Below are positions 23,701 to 36,067 of a DNA stretch of 64,000 nt, piece by piece. The translations under genes and the position numbers were made by a program. Positions within the stretch are counted from its first letter, which is position 1. Each line of letters opens with the position of its first letter. The notes below the pieces were generated by a model. It was not told where the DNA came from. It did no database searches and saw only the letters and a list, made by a program, of their open reading frames with translations. The DNA lies in the NCBI GenBank assembly GCA_002269645.1, contig NIVC01000225.1, positions 62,001-126,000 on the forward strand, in the 5' to 3' direction. This DNA is from Macrostomum lignano. Its lineage: Eukaryota.

Positions 23701-25779
23701 TTAGCCATTCACGGCTCTCCTGCAGCCGAGGAGGCGGCCTTCGGGGAGGCTGCGCGATCGCTGCCGTCCGACGCCATCGATGTTGCGGGCTGCAACCGGA
23801 ACCCCCCTGACCGGCTGCGCGTGCAGGTGGCAGCGACAGCCGCACCCGCCGTTGGCAACCACCGGGCTGGCGTCTCTCAGAACAGCGTCAGCGCGCTCGG
23901 AGGTGGAGTTGTTGAGTTTGCTGGGGTGCAGCTCCCTGGCTGCGCCCCGCTTGGCGGCTGCAGCCCCGGCGGCTGCCAGGCAGGCTTGGCAGCGGACCCG
24001 GCCTGCGCGGGGGTGCCTACCAGCGCAGGCTGCCGCAGCCAGACGCCGGGCGAGGCTCCAGCCTCGTTGAAGAATGCCTCGTCGCAGTAGGATATACAGC
24101 CAGGGGTCCAGCACCTGGTTGATGCTGGCCGCGTACACCGCTCGGAGGTCTTCCGTGCAGTCCGGCTTTCCTCCCAGTGCGTTCCATAGGACTCGCACCT
24201 GCGGCGAGGGAATTTTTAATTGAACTTATCCACTGATTTCCAGGATATTAACTGGCATATTACGTTCTAACAGTGCTGGCCAAAATGCATGTAAGAGAGT
24301 CGAAAAAGCTGTCGTGCTAGCTCAGTAATTAATTAATAAGCACAGTTTTATGAGTAGCTATATGAGAATGAATTAACCCGCGGTGCATTTAAGCGCTGAC
24401 AGACAGACAGGGCCCATCCAGGGGTCACATGGGGTGATAAATTTTTGTTTAGTAGCAGTTAGCAGGCCGCAGGGACGGACGGAAACCGGTGATGAGAAGT
24501 GATAGCGCTTGCATTTCCCCAGCGGTTCCCGCTCCCTTTGTGCCTTTCTGGCTGATTGAGGGGCGGCTAAATGAGCAGCCGTCGCGAAATTCGTGTTCGC
24601 CTCTCGAGCTGGCCCGCCGCTCTCCTTCCCCATTGATCATTCGAGGACAGTAGGGAATTGGGGAGCGCGAGAGAAGACAGATTGATGATGCACTTGCCGA
24701 AGAGGAATATCGACTTTCCAATCTCCGCCGCGGAATAGCGGGCGATCAAATTTCCTTTAAGAGGTTTCCTAGAATTAGAATCAAGCTACTTCCAGTATTT
24801 TTCCAAAATTCGAACCCTACCATTAGAGGACTCCAGCACAACGCGAACGTGATTGTGATGGCCACCAGTAGCAGAACCAGCTGCAGCTCCATGTGCCGCA
24901 TCATTTGGTGGCCGCCGCCCCCACTGGCGTTGCTCCCCCGGTGCTGCCTAGCGGCTGGTTGACCCGGCAGGCAACGGACGCGCTGGTGCTGCAGCCCGAT
25001 CGCGACTCCCTCAGCACCATCCTGCGCAGCCTGCGGACGGCCAGCAGCGAGTGAATGACCACAATGTTGCACACGGCTATCAGGCCAATTAGGACGAGGT
25101 TCCAGACGCCGAACCAGGCGGCGTAGACGCGGTGCGCCATCTCCGTTGAGTGCGAGCGCACAAAGCACCAGGTGCCAGGGAACTGCAGGCTGTAGGCGCC
25201 GGCACCGAGCAGAGGCAGGCCGGCCAGAAGGAAGGCGAGGCCGAACACAGCCAGCAGGCAGAGCCGCGCCTTTCTGTGCTGCTGCTCGTGCGAGTAGTTC
25301 TGCCACAGCTTCAGGCACAGCACCCGCTCCACTGACATGCACAAAACCAGCAGCGGCGTGCTGAGTGCCATGGCGGTCATGACGAACGCATGCGCCTGGC
25401 AGGCTGGGTAGCCGCCCAGCCAAGCGAGACGGAGCCGCTGGACGCTAGCGTTGAACGTGGCTGTCCCGTAGACAATCAGAGGCGCAGATGAGGTCAGCAC
25501 CTGCCCGAGCATGTCATTAAGAATGAGCGCGGTCAGCAGCGTGTAGAACAGGGTTCGACTCTTGCTCGGCGTCCTCCGTTGCAGCACCAACAGTGCCAGA
25601 AGGTTGCCCGCCACGCCCACGGCAAAGAGGCTCAGCGTCTTGGCCACATTCACGCCGCTTCGACTGGGAATATCGCAGCTCCAGTCTACCTGCGGCTGCT
25701 GGCAGCTGAGCAGCCGGGAGCAGCAGCTGGAGTAGTTAACCATCGGGTCTGATTGGTTTCGAAATCCGGTTTGCTGCAT
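23701..25779 (-). CDS. Prostanoid receptor-like class A GPCR (EP2/EP4-like); exons ~25779-24821 (apparent 1-nt frameshift near 24918-24939) and 24198-23701
   Basis: GVAGNLLAL (TM1), L...D..G (TM2), MSVER (TM3), QFPGTWCF (ECL2 motif of prostanoid receptors), MELQLVLLL..CWSPLM|VR (TM6, with the intron at the end of TM6 as in prostanoid receptor genes) and DLRAVYAASINQVLDPWLYILLRR (TM7). The start codon is uncertain (ATG at 25779 or 25743). Confidence 0.85.
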
Positions 25780-27816
25780 TATTCTTGTGTCTGGTTTCAG
25801 CAGGGTATCTCCTGCTTTAACTAGCCAGCGCTGCTTCAGTATTAATGAACCACCAGGCAGTTCCTGATTCGACGAGGCGGAGCTAGCCAATGGGCTGCCG
25901 CACTGAGGCTTGCTCGCGCTTCTCCTTCATCCTGCCCATTGCAATTGGCAATTCTCCGTGTGCAGATCAAATTTCAGCAGCGCCGCGACTCAATGCGAAG
26001 GGACGTGTCAGGGCCGGTCGGGCCTCTGGGGAATGCAGCGAGGGACTGATGATTCCAGAGCGCCGCAATAAAGCGTCTCTCTCAGGAACCAGCCCTCTGT
26101 TCCGTTGAAAATCAACTTAGCTGGTGGCCGAAAGCCTAAAAGCCACCAGATCCGAACTCAGACAGCATACAGCCATGTACATCTAGTGTAGTAACAAAAT
26201 CAAACATTTTAAACAAAAAAACATCAAACAAAGAAAATGTCTAAATTTCATGTGAAGTCGTAAAAACCAATTCCTCAAACTAAAATGCCAAGCATTGAAT
26301 TTTATCAAATAATTTATAGCTTTATCAGAGCCTAACGCTATAAAAATGTTAGCGAAAGAACGCCTAGAAGTTTCTGTTTTCCTTCACATTCAATTCGGTA
26401 CAAAGTCAAGATGTAGCGGCTGCCCAAAGACGTCAGGCGCTGGGGATTTGATGCGTCAGAAATGGGGCTTTCAAGCACGGAAAAGGGAAGGCAAGCCGGG
26501 CAGCGGATTCGGCAGACTGTGAGGCCAAGGCGGAGTCGCTTCCGATCCGCGCCGTCTTGCCGGCATCCGCTATGCCTGGGCCATAATTAGAGGCGGGGAC
26601 AGCCACGGCTTTCAGAATCCTGTAAAAGCCGAGCCGCCTGGACCGGCTCCCCGTCCGGTTTCCTTGCTGCACTTTGAGCGATGGCGCGCAGCACTTTTTA
26701 AACGCTTGAATGCAGCCAGCCAGATGGTCGCTGAGGAGGCGCCGACCGCCGTGCCAGCCTGAATGGCATTGCATGTGCAGGTGCATTAGGCCCAGGCTTC
26801 CTCCGCGCGCGCCGTCTTCTGAGTGGCTCGAATCAACCTGCATTGAGTTTTGTTTGCCGTGGTCGCCAACTCCCGTATTTGCTTGGATAATAATTATCGC
26901 TGTGAAGTCCGCTGCGGCTGTATATTATTGCCTCAGTTGCGAATAAAGAGCCTCGATCTCGGCACGCTGGGCAGGCTTCTGTGTTTGCATTCGACCTGTG
27001 CATTATCTTCTCTCTTATTCAAGAAGATTGTTGCAATATTTCTTAGGCTAAGCCTAAAATTTCCGTGCTGCTCCCAAGGCAGTTGGCCAAATAGCAACTT
27101 TTCGAATGCAAGTCCTCTGTGCCTTAATCCCCCTGATGCTCAGGGCTCCTGATCCCACAGGCGGTCAGCTCAGAAAAAGATGTTTGTGCAATAAAAAGCG
27201 CTACTAGAGCTCCAAAACGCCAAACCATGCAGCTTTTCAAGGATCATCTTTGGTCTCAATATATTACTCAAAATCAATAATTCATAAGGCTGCGCGCATG
27301 GCTATGTCAGAGGCCAACACGGATGCCTCATACCCATCTTTCCCTCGCGCGGATTCTACATGCGATTGATAGCTCTCGGATCGCGCATTCGATCGCTGCT
27401 TGGTTCTGATAAGCGTGGGCGGAGAAATTGATGCAACTGCATGGGAAGTGACTAACTTCCTGCTCAGGAAGCAAGAGAAGCGAAAGGCTTGGGATTTTTA
27501 TCCAAGGGGCAAGAGCCTGTATTGGATACCAACCGGAGCCGTTCGTCACTGTCAAATGCTGGAGCCGAGAGGAATTCGTTAATTCGCTAAGTACGGCAGC
27601 GCTTTGGCTGCTTCTAATTTGCATGCCTAACTGGCTTTGCGATCGGAACCACAGCTATTCAAGCCAGGAATCAGCACGATGCAGCATCGCAGATATAGAA
27701 AAGCAGCATTGCAGAGCATTATTGCATGCAGTACCAGAAGTACCACGAGCCGAGGACTGCTTTTCGTTCAGTGAAGGCGATCCTGCTGTCCATGGCCCTA
27801 CCTGACAGACAGAGGG

Positions 27817-28262
27817 CAACAACAACAAACAAAAAAAATACGCTGTCAGGATGGCAAAAGTCAGCGTCACAGGGCGCGCTTCATGGCTTGGGCGCGAACA
27901 AAGGCCGCGCCACCGGCAGTGTCCGGGGCGCCGGCGTCAGCCAGCAGACAGTCGACATAACGCCGAGTTCGCGCTTGACCTCGCCGGTAGGGTGCCTGCA
28001 GCGTGAGCAGCAGCACCTCCTGCACCGGCTGTGGGCAGTACGACTCGGCGCGGATGAGATGGCCTGCGAGCTGGAGTCGCCGACGGCGCAGTAGATCGCT
28101 TGGACGTGGCAGGCCAGCGCGGCGATAGAGTGCCGCGTTGTTGACTCGCTCGACGCCGATGTTGAAGGCGGCGCGCAGCAGGCCAGCGTGCGCCGCATCG
28201 ACTTGCTGTTCGAGTGAGTCCGTCAGCGTCCAGGTCTCGGCGTTCAGCCAGGCGGTGATGGT
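27817..28262 (-). mobile_element. 5'-truncated non-LTR retrotransposon (RTE-like), C-terminal RT region plus 3' tail
   Basis: Open frame 28244-27867 reads NAETWTLTDSLEQQVDAAHAGLLRAAFNI..VNNAALYRRAGL..SDLLRRRRLQLAGHLIR, which is typical of RTE/CR1-like ORF2 C-termini. It is followed by a short UTR and a T/TTG microsatellite tail. Confidence 0.8.
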
Positions 28263-28273
28263 GACCCGACCCG

Positions 28274-28362
28274 ACCATCGTGGCGTGCTTTACAACGCCG
28301 AGACCTGCATGGACGCTGTCGGATTTTCTCGAACAGCAAGTTGACGCGGCTTGCTGCTCGCC
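28274..28362 (+). mobile_element. Inverted, diverged second fragment of the same LINE segment
   Basis: GTGCTTTACAACGCCGAGACCTG..GACGCTGTCGGATTTTCTCGAACAGCAAGTTGACGCGGC encodes LYNAET..TLSDFLEQQVDAA with a 4-nt insertion. Confidence 0.7.
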
Positions 28363-30451
28363 GCCCCGGGTTCGGTCGGTGGCGTGGAATATGAGAGGCG
28401 CCAATGTGACGCCGCGATTAATACGTTTTAAAAGACCTTAACTGAGTCTATACTTGGAACTGAAGCAAGGCGAACAGCGAATACGGTCTTAGTCCCAACA
28501 GGTACACTGTAGAAATATGGAACAGGCTAAAGTGGCTTAAACTTCACAAAAGTTTCTGGTGTCTGCAGGTTTACGTTCTTCAAACACATAAATGTATTAA
28601 TGAGAACATGGGATGCGAGAAACCCAGTCTCAATCGACTGCTGCTATTAGGAAGGCATTGACAAACATAAAAAAGAATTGTATTCCTGTTTTGTGAGGTA
28701 CGGCTCTCGAATGACTTGCTAAATAGGTACCAAAGAAGTTCCAATACCATAAAGTACTTCTGAACGCGCAGAGATGGAGCGAGTTTTGCCATGCTGCATA
28801 GTTAGTAAAGAAAGTAAATTCTCAGAACCGATCAATTCCATGGCCTCCGCGTTTCATCATAGCACTGCGATGTGGGAGAATTCCGCATGTGTTCCGTTGC
28901 GCATCCACTCCAGTGTGCAGCAACTCTTGCAGGCAACTCGACTCTTCTCCCAACCCCACACAGCTTCCAAGTATGGAGAATGAGCGACTGGATGGATCAG
29001 CGATTAAATTTCCTAGCCGCAAGGGAGTTCAGTGAAATCTCTGTTGCGGAGCGCACAATGCTAACCAGAGAAGATGGACGGACTGGCTGTGGAAAGTAAT
29101 TGTGGGCTAGAGAAATGACTAGCATAAGGGCCAAGCAATCAGCTGTTGTGTTGAAAAACTCGAGCGCGTCACGTGAAACGCGACGAGTTCGAGAGTGCAG
29201 GCGGAGTCCGACCTCGAACCTAGTACCACGGCTGGCTACTTATTATGCTTATCTTCAGCTGGGGCAGCAAGCAAGGGAGAAGACAGGGAGAAACAGAGAG
29301 CTGCTGCCTGTTTATGCACAATTGCACTTTTGCAGATATCGGGCAAGAAAGGGGATCAGCGATGCAGGCTCAAGACAGCTTTGTTGCTGCTTTAATTGAA
29401 GAAATATCTGTTGAACAGTGGATGAAGCCTCGCAGATAATCCATTGTAATCAGGAAAAGTAATTAATATAGGAATTCTGGGATGGACGCCAGCTAATCCG
29501 CCTATGCTGGCGCTAATAGGCCCACCTACATTGGCCATGAATGACCCTGCCTTTATAGAACTGTGCAGTCCATTGTCTCATGACGAAGCTTCATCCCAGA
29601 ATTGCTACTCAGGCGACGATAGTTAATTAATCGGGAGACTACAGACAGCATCCGCGGCATGTGATCCCCTTTGATGAACGGCAAGTATATTATGAGTGCA
29701 GATCGCCAAGCGAAATCAATTCATCTGATAGGCTATTGCCATCGCTGAATGCTAATTAATCGAGGTAAAAATACTCGCTTTGCTCACTCGAGTGTAATGC
29801 GAGGCTCGATTCTAAGCCAATTCTTTTGAGGAGCATTGTGAAGCATTCTAAGATTGCTGTGAGCACTCAAAGACCGGCCTGCGCCACTGAGCTGCACGCA
29901 ACACGCTTGAACTCTTAAAGAATTCTTTATTCAAATTCTCGCAAAGCTGGCCCTCACTTCCGCTGCTTCCGGCAGCTGTAATGGAGAAACGCGGTGCAGG
30001 TCTGTTGTTCTGCAGTCCCAGTCCATGCTGCACTTCATAACGATCAGGAGTCGATAGGGCAAGCAGACTTTTCATTCTCAAGAGGCCTGACTGAATCCCG
30101 CCCTACTCACTGCCGCCCAACCAGGCAGCAGGGCACCGACAGTAAAGGTCGAATTAGTAATTACAATAGTTAGCTTATAAAGAACAAATACCAAAAACTA
30201 GCAATGAATTACAAACACGCAAGCTGTGCTTACAGTAGAGTCACAAAGGAACAGCGGAGTGGCACAGCGGTATATTTCGCACTGAGTGACTCGACAGTCA
30301 ATGTAGAAGCGCAGGTCTAGGATTAACTTAGCCAGCAGGCACGGCAGGCTGAGCTGCAAATTATTGCCTAATCTGCTGATTCATTGTGGCGACAGATGGC
30401 CTGGCAGCAAATTTGCGGCACCAAAATAATAAGCTATTTTGGTCTCATCGG

Positions 30452-31021
30452 CTACAGCAGCTTGAGGTGCCCGGTGACCTGGTCAATGACGGGCGAAGGC
30501 CCGGGCCCGATGCCCAGCACGGTGGCCGAGCCGGCAGCGATCTGGGTCCGGCCGGCGTCGTGGATGACCACAGCCACAAGGCCTAGCGAGTGCGCGATCG
30601 CCTGCAGTTCGTACAGCCGGTTCTCGTCGCCGTCGGCCCGCAGCGCCACCTTCTGCTGGCCGGTGCGGAGCCACTTGGCCAGCGAGGCCGGGTCCGCCCG
30701 CTGCGCCCGCCGGTAGCAGCCGACGGCGGCGTGGGCGCACTGGGCGGCCGACTTGCCGCGGGACATGCCCAGATCTGTGCGGGTCACTAGCGTCATCTTC
30801 CACTCCGTGTAGCCGCTGAAGTCGCCGCCGCCGCCACCATCGTTGCTGTCTTCTCCGGCGCTGTCGCTGTCCCAGGAGTCCGACGCGGCCGGCGCCCCGG
30901 ACTCGGCCGCTGCTGGAGGCGCATCGCCGTCGCCAGCGGTGCCGCCAAACCGAGACCGGGCGAGCCAGCCGGCCAGCACTCCGGCCAGCAGGGCGGACAG
31001 CGAGGCCAGCCAGGGGGTCAT
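30452..31021 (-). CDS. PTRH2: Peptidyl-tRNA hydrolase 2 (Bit1), 189 aa, intronless CDS
   Basis: An N-terminal hydrophobic anchor, then KMTLVTRTDLGMSRGKSAAQCAHAAV..GQQKVAL..IHDAGRTQIAAGSATVLGIGPGP..IDQVTGHLKLL, the PTH2 signature. ATG at 31021 is preceded by TTTGCAG-CCGCC. Confidence 0.95.
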   Translation of the reverse strand: MTPWLASLSALLAGVLAGWLARSRFGGTAGDGDAPPAAAESGAPAASDSWDSDSAGEDSNDGGGGGDFSGYTEWKMTLVTRTDLGMSRGKSAAQCAHAAVGCYRRAQRADPASLAKWLRTGQQKVALRADGDENRLYELQAIAHSLGLVAVVIHDAGRTQIAAGSATVLGIGPGPSPVIDQVTGHLKLL

Positions 31022-31169
31022 GGCGGCTGCAAAATCAGTGCAAATACGGCTGCAGAGCGCGTGTCCATGAGCCTCAGGATTGCTTGGGTGGGTCACAAAT
31101 AATAGGCCTGACCAGATGGGATTTGGGAACTTCGAGATTAGGGATTTTAGACTGAACCCGAGGATCTGA

Positions 31170-31700
31170 AGTGGAGGCTGAATATAAGGACCCGGATGGA
31201 GACTGAACCTGAAGACCTGGGGGATCCGGGGTAGAGGCTGAACCTGAGGACCCGGGGGATCCGGGATGGAGGCCGAACCTGAGGACCCGGGATGGAGGCT
31301 GAATCGGAGGACCCAGGATGGAGGCTGAATCTGAGGACACGGGATGGGAGCCGAACCTGAGGACACGGGGTGGAGGCCGAACCTGAGGACACGGGATGGA
31401 GGCCGAACCTGAGGACACGGGGTGGAGGCCGAACCTGAGGACACGGGATGGAGGCTGAACCTGAGGACACGGGATGGGAGCCGAACCTGAGGACACGGGG
31501 TGGAGGCCGAACCTGAGGACACGGGATGGAGGCCGAACCTGAGGACACGGGGTGGAGGCCGAACCTGAGGACACGGGATGGAGGCCGAACCTGAGGACAC
31601 GGGGTGGAGGCCGAACCTGAGGACACGGGGTGGAGGCCGAACCTGAGGACACGGGGTGGAGGCCGAACCTGAGGACACGGGGTGGAGGCCGAACCTGAGG
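31170..31700. repeat. Minisatellite, 26-bp unit (GAACCTGAGGACACGGGGTGGAGGCC)
   Basis: Direct tandem repetition upstream of PTRH2. It produces the artefactual N-terminal extension in the ORF track. Confidence 0.95.
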
Positions 31701-32629
31701 GCCCGGGATTTTGGCCACTGAGCGAATTCCGAGTCCCTTTTACAGACTGCCAAACTGCATTCCCACAGAGTCCAAGCAGCCGACGGGTGCGCCAGAGGTT
31801 TTTAGTCATAAGAAGCTCTTTAAACGACAGACAGCGTGTACAAATAAAAGGGTTTTAAAACGCTACCAGCGAATAAAGCAACGATGACATAAAGTGCGCG
31901 AGTGACAAAAGGCCCATGTATTTACATAGAAAATGTGCAGCACATTGGGAGACTTAAAAATATGAGTGCTCGGTCGAGTCAGAAGTCGAGACAGACACAG
32001 GGAATTTTTAAATCAGAGAATTCGGTCGGAAGCCGGTGTCTGGGAAAATTGTATTGAAAAAATAGCCTTACTGAATTACAGGCTCGCATCAGACTACTGC
32101 TACTGCTTGGTGAGTAGTAAACATAAGCAACCATTCGCTTTATTATAGCGGGAAAAACTCGAAACGCAACAAATTCGGCTTAATTTTAATGCGCAGGTAA
32201 AACACACGGGGATTTGCTGAGATCGGGACCGGCTATGGGCGGCGGACAGCCGGCACTGGGACTGCAAAAAAAGGAAATATAAACTATAAACAGTAAACTG
32301 CACAGGAATACGAGTAATAAACAGATAAATAACACGCGGGGCGATGCACTGCAGTACCTACTATTATCAGCACGCAAGTGTAAAATAGCTGCACATACAA
32401 GCTTCACAATGCACAGTACGGAGGCGGGGCTGGGCAGGCCAGGAGAGGCGGTCGATGGGGGGGACAAAAGTCGAGAAGTGTGAATTGAAAAGCGCGCGCA
32501 CTACTGCAGTTAGTAGCATGCGCAGCGCTTAAACTCAATGAGAAAGTGACTATCAGTTTGGTACGCAGAAAAACTAGCATGAGCCTCCCCCATCTCAGAG
32601 CCCCCGGGAAAGCGGCGGCAGCCCTCGCC

Positions 32630-34290
32630 TCAGTCGTCGCCACCATCCTCGCCTTCGTGCTTCCGCTTGGTGCCGCGTCGACTCGACGAAGCCTCGTCAT
32701 TGACATCACCGGCTGCGGCGGAGACGTCAGCGGCCCCCACTTTGCCGCCCTTCGACTTGGAGCCCGAGGCAGCTGAGCTGTTGGCGCCCTCCTCTTCCTC
32801 ATCCTCTTCGTCGATGTCATCATCGTCGTCCTCGCCGCCGTCTGCCTCGGGGTCGAACTCGTCGTCCTCTTCCTCGTCGTTGACGTCGTCGCGCTGCAGG
32901 TAGGCCAGATCGACCTCTTCCTCCTCGTCTTCCTCTTCGTCCTCCTCATCGTCTTCCTCTTCGCCGTATTCGCCGTTGGCGTAGTGCTCCTCGCCTTCGC
33001 CGCCGGCCTCTCCGTCGTCTTCGTCGTCGTCCTCCTCGCACTCCTGGCCCTCGGCGTCTAGGCCGTCGAGGAATTCGACATGCGGTAGCAGGCCAAACAC
33101 GGAGTCCCTGGCGGGCGGGTGATCACAGATTCGCGTACAACTCGCATCGGCTTCTTGACGCCTTATTTAAAGGTGACGGGATAAACCCCTTGTGGTGCCA
33201 TCTCCTTAATGCCTGGTCCAAGGTCCTGGGATGAAGGAATCCCTGGTCCTTGAGTGCAGCTATCCCCTGGTCCTTGAGTGCAGCTATCCCCTGGTCCTTG
33301 AGTGCAAACAGCAGCTATCTGCCTGATTCTGAGTGCAAACAGCAGCTATCTGCCTGATTCTGAGTGCAAACAGCAGCTATCTGCCTGATTCTGAGTGCAA
33401 ACAGCAGCTATCTGCCTGATTCTGAGTGCAAACAGCAGCTATCTGCCTGATTCTGAGTGCAAACAGCTATCTGCCTGATTCTGAGTGCAAACAGCAGCTA
33501 TCTGCCTGATTCTGAGTGCAAACAGCAGCTATCTGCCTGATTCTGAGTGCAAACAGCAGCTATCTGCCTGATTCTGAGTGCAAACAGCAGCTATCTGCCT
33601 GATTCTGAGTGCAAACAGCAGCTATCTGCCTGATTCTGAGTGCAAACAGCAGCTATCTGCCTGATTCTGAGTGCAAACAGCAGCTATCTGCCTGATTCTG
33701 AGTGCAAACAGCAGCTATCTGCCTGATTCTGAGTGCAAACAGCAGCTATCTGCCTGATTCTGAGTGCAAACAGCAGCTATCCCCTGGTCCTGAGTTCAGA
33801 CAGCTGCTATTCGCCCCGGCCAGTCCTTAAGTGCAGCTATCCACCCGGTCTCTCAGCGCAGGTAGGCAGGTATGTAAATCTATATTTGAAAGCTTGAATA
33901 CCTGTAGCCCTCAGCTTCAGTGACGGCGCAGCCGTACAAGTCGAGAGTCCGAAGCTTTTTAAGGCTGGCCAGCGGCTTCAGGGCGTCCAGATCGCGAATG
34001 CGGTTGCCGCTGAGGTTCAGCTGGGCGAGGGCCGGACATCCGGCCAGGTGTTGCAGGCCGTCCAGCAGCCGATTATCTGACAGCTCGAGGCGGTGCAGCT
34101 TGGGCAGGGCGGGGAAGCCGGCCAGGCTCTGCAGGCCGACATTGATGAGGCTGAGGGTTTCCAGATTCACATACTCGTCTGTAAGGCCCTCCAGCGCGCT
34201 AGCCTTGCAGTTGTCCAAATTCAACTCAGTGATGTTGGCCGGTTCTTTGTTCCGGCGCTCCAGCTCGAGCCGCTGCTGCATGGACATCAT
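32630..34290 (-). CDS. ANP32: Acidic leucine-rich nuclear phosphoprotein 32 (ANP32/Mapmodulin), ~288 aa; exons 34290-33902 and 33107-32630
   Basis: MQQRLELERRNKEPANITELNLDNC..LRRs..LELSDNR..LNLSGNRIRD..YR|DSVFGLLPHVEFLDG, a D/E-rich tail and a C-terminal KRKH NLS. The phase-2 GT-AG intron is consistent on both sides. Confidence 0.95.
33235..33830. repeat. Intronic minisatellite, 31-bp unit (GAGTGCAAACAGCAGCTATCTGCCTGATTCT) with shorter flanking variants
   Basis: Direct tandem repetition in the ANP32 intron. Confidence 0.95.
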
Positions 34291-35475
34291 CTGCGATATG
34301 GTGGACGGGAGCAATGAGCAAATGAGGGGGACAGGAGTTTAGGCTGGGTACCTAAAACGCCCTAAACAATAGCTATATCTATATCCGACTTCTATTTAAA
34401 TTAGATATTAAAACCAGTTGCCTAGTGATGTGATAAATTAGACAATATGCAATCAAGCATAAACTTTGCATAAACTTGAGTTAAGCTGAAGAAGTTAGTA
34501 GTTACTATTATCATTAATCCTCGTAAATCCTCGTAAATAAGGATTAAATATCTCAACATATATAAGCATTTGAAATACATCACTATAAACTCTATAGAAT
34601 TATTATCAGCATATATTTTAAACAAAAATACTAAAAATTCTTCTAAAAAAAATTTTCAATTAAAAGTAGCTCATAATCTTTTATCCTAAAGTAGAAATGG
34701 CTGATTTGATTTGATTTGAAATAAATTTGATTGAATAAATAATACAAGAAGTATATTCAAGTCACTAAGCCTAGTCAATCAAACACAAATAGTTTATCAT
34801 CAATTAAAAGTACATAAAAAAGTACAATAAGCTTAATTACCATACAAAAATTAAAAATGAAATGGTAATTATATTTAAAAAATTTTATTCTAAAAAAGCT
34901 AATTTTGAAGATTATTCTATAAACTTACTTGAAAAAAAATTAGTTGAAAAAATACATTTTTGGAATTTGCAAGGGGGATAAAGGATTGCCATTATTTTTG
35001 GATCTGGGAAAACTCATCAACTTTTTATTTGTCAACTATGTTGACAAGTTTACCATAGTTTGCATATGTGCATAACTGATATACAGTATAATGAAATGTA
35101 TAGAAGTAAGAGATAGAAACAGATGGAAGCAGAAGCTTAAGTAGTAAGGTTTGAATTTATAAGTGCATAAAAAGTTAATTAAGTAATACTTTTGTTAAAT
35201 TACATTTATTAAAACTGATTGATTAATTGACTGATCGAAAATTGATTATAGGATTAGTTTAGTTATTGAAATGAAAGATTATTGTTTCCATTTTTTAAAT
35301 TTTATTGTACCTTATATTTTTATATTGTTTTATACTTAATTTATGTTTAATTATTTTTTATTTTGTATTGTACATGATAGACTGCTGGGTGCTACAGTGT
35401 GCTGCTATCCTTTACCTAGTCAATCTAGCAAAAAGACAGTCTGCAGCAATAGACAATCTGCCAATCTAGCAACAT

Positions 35476-36067
35476 CCCTATAGGAAAAAGTTGTAAAACC
35501 GCGGACGGTGTCCGGCGCACTTTTGAAATTTTTCTAAAGCGCAGCGCGCGCACAGGCGCAGCGCCTGCGCGCGCTGCCCTTTCTTACTGGCTGCTGCTCT
35601 AGCAAATACATATACATGGAAATGGGTATAATACCTCTGTTGAAGGGGCTTATACACTCGTAATTTATTAAGCTTAGAGATGTTCCGAAAATTCAATTTC
35701 AATTTTCCAAAATTTGAAATTTTTTAGAGCGAATTTCAATTTCGAAATAAAATTTAGAAGTGAAAATTTTGGTAGTGTCTAAAAAGTCGCTAAAAATAAA
35801 CTACTTTCTACTACATATACATGTATTACTTTTTGCTTAAGCAGTAAATTGAAAGTAAAAAAGTGAGTGTTGATCATACTAAACTTTGTTTTTCTGAGTT
35901 ATGATTTCAGGAAATTTCAATTTTGATTTTGGAAAGTTAGCGAATTTTGATTTCGACGAAACTGCAGATCTTTCGGAACATCTCTAATAATCCTAAAGTG
36001 CGGTAAAATAGTTTGACTCTTTTCTAAAGCGCGCGTCCGCGGGTTTTTAACATTTATTCCAATAGGG
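35476..36067. mobile_element. 592-bp MITE with ~32-bp imperfect TIRs and a perfect 8-bp TSD (AGCAACAT)
   Basis: Left end CCCTATAGGAAAAAGTTGTAAAACCGCGGAC; right end GTCCGCGGGTTTTTAACATTTATTCCAATAGGG. AGCAACAT lies at 35468-35475 and 36068-36075. Confidence 0.8.
35674..35987. mobile_element. Nested hAT-like MITE with a 17-bp perfect inverted repeat TTAGAGATGTTCCGAAA
   Basis: The IR lies at 35674-35690 and 35971-35987. TAGAGATG termini resemble hAT ends. The TSD is only 5/8 matched. Confidence 0.6.

Noticed and set aside
31022-31809. N-terminal extension of PTRH2 in the 433-aa ORF and its overlapping ORFs
   Set aside because: It derives from the 26-bp minisatellite; an acceptor and Kozak-like ATG at 31021 define the real start.
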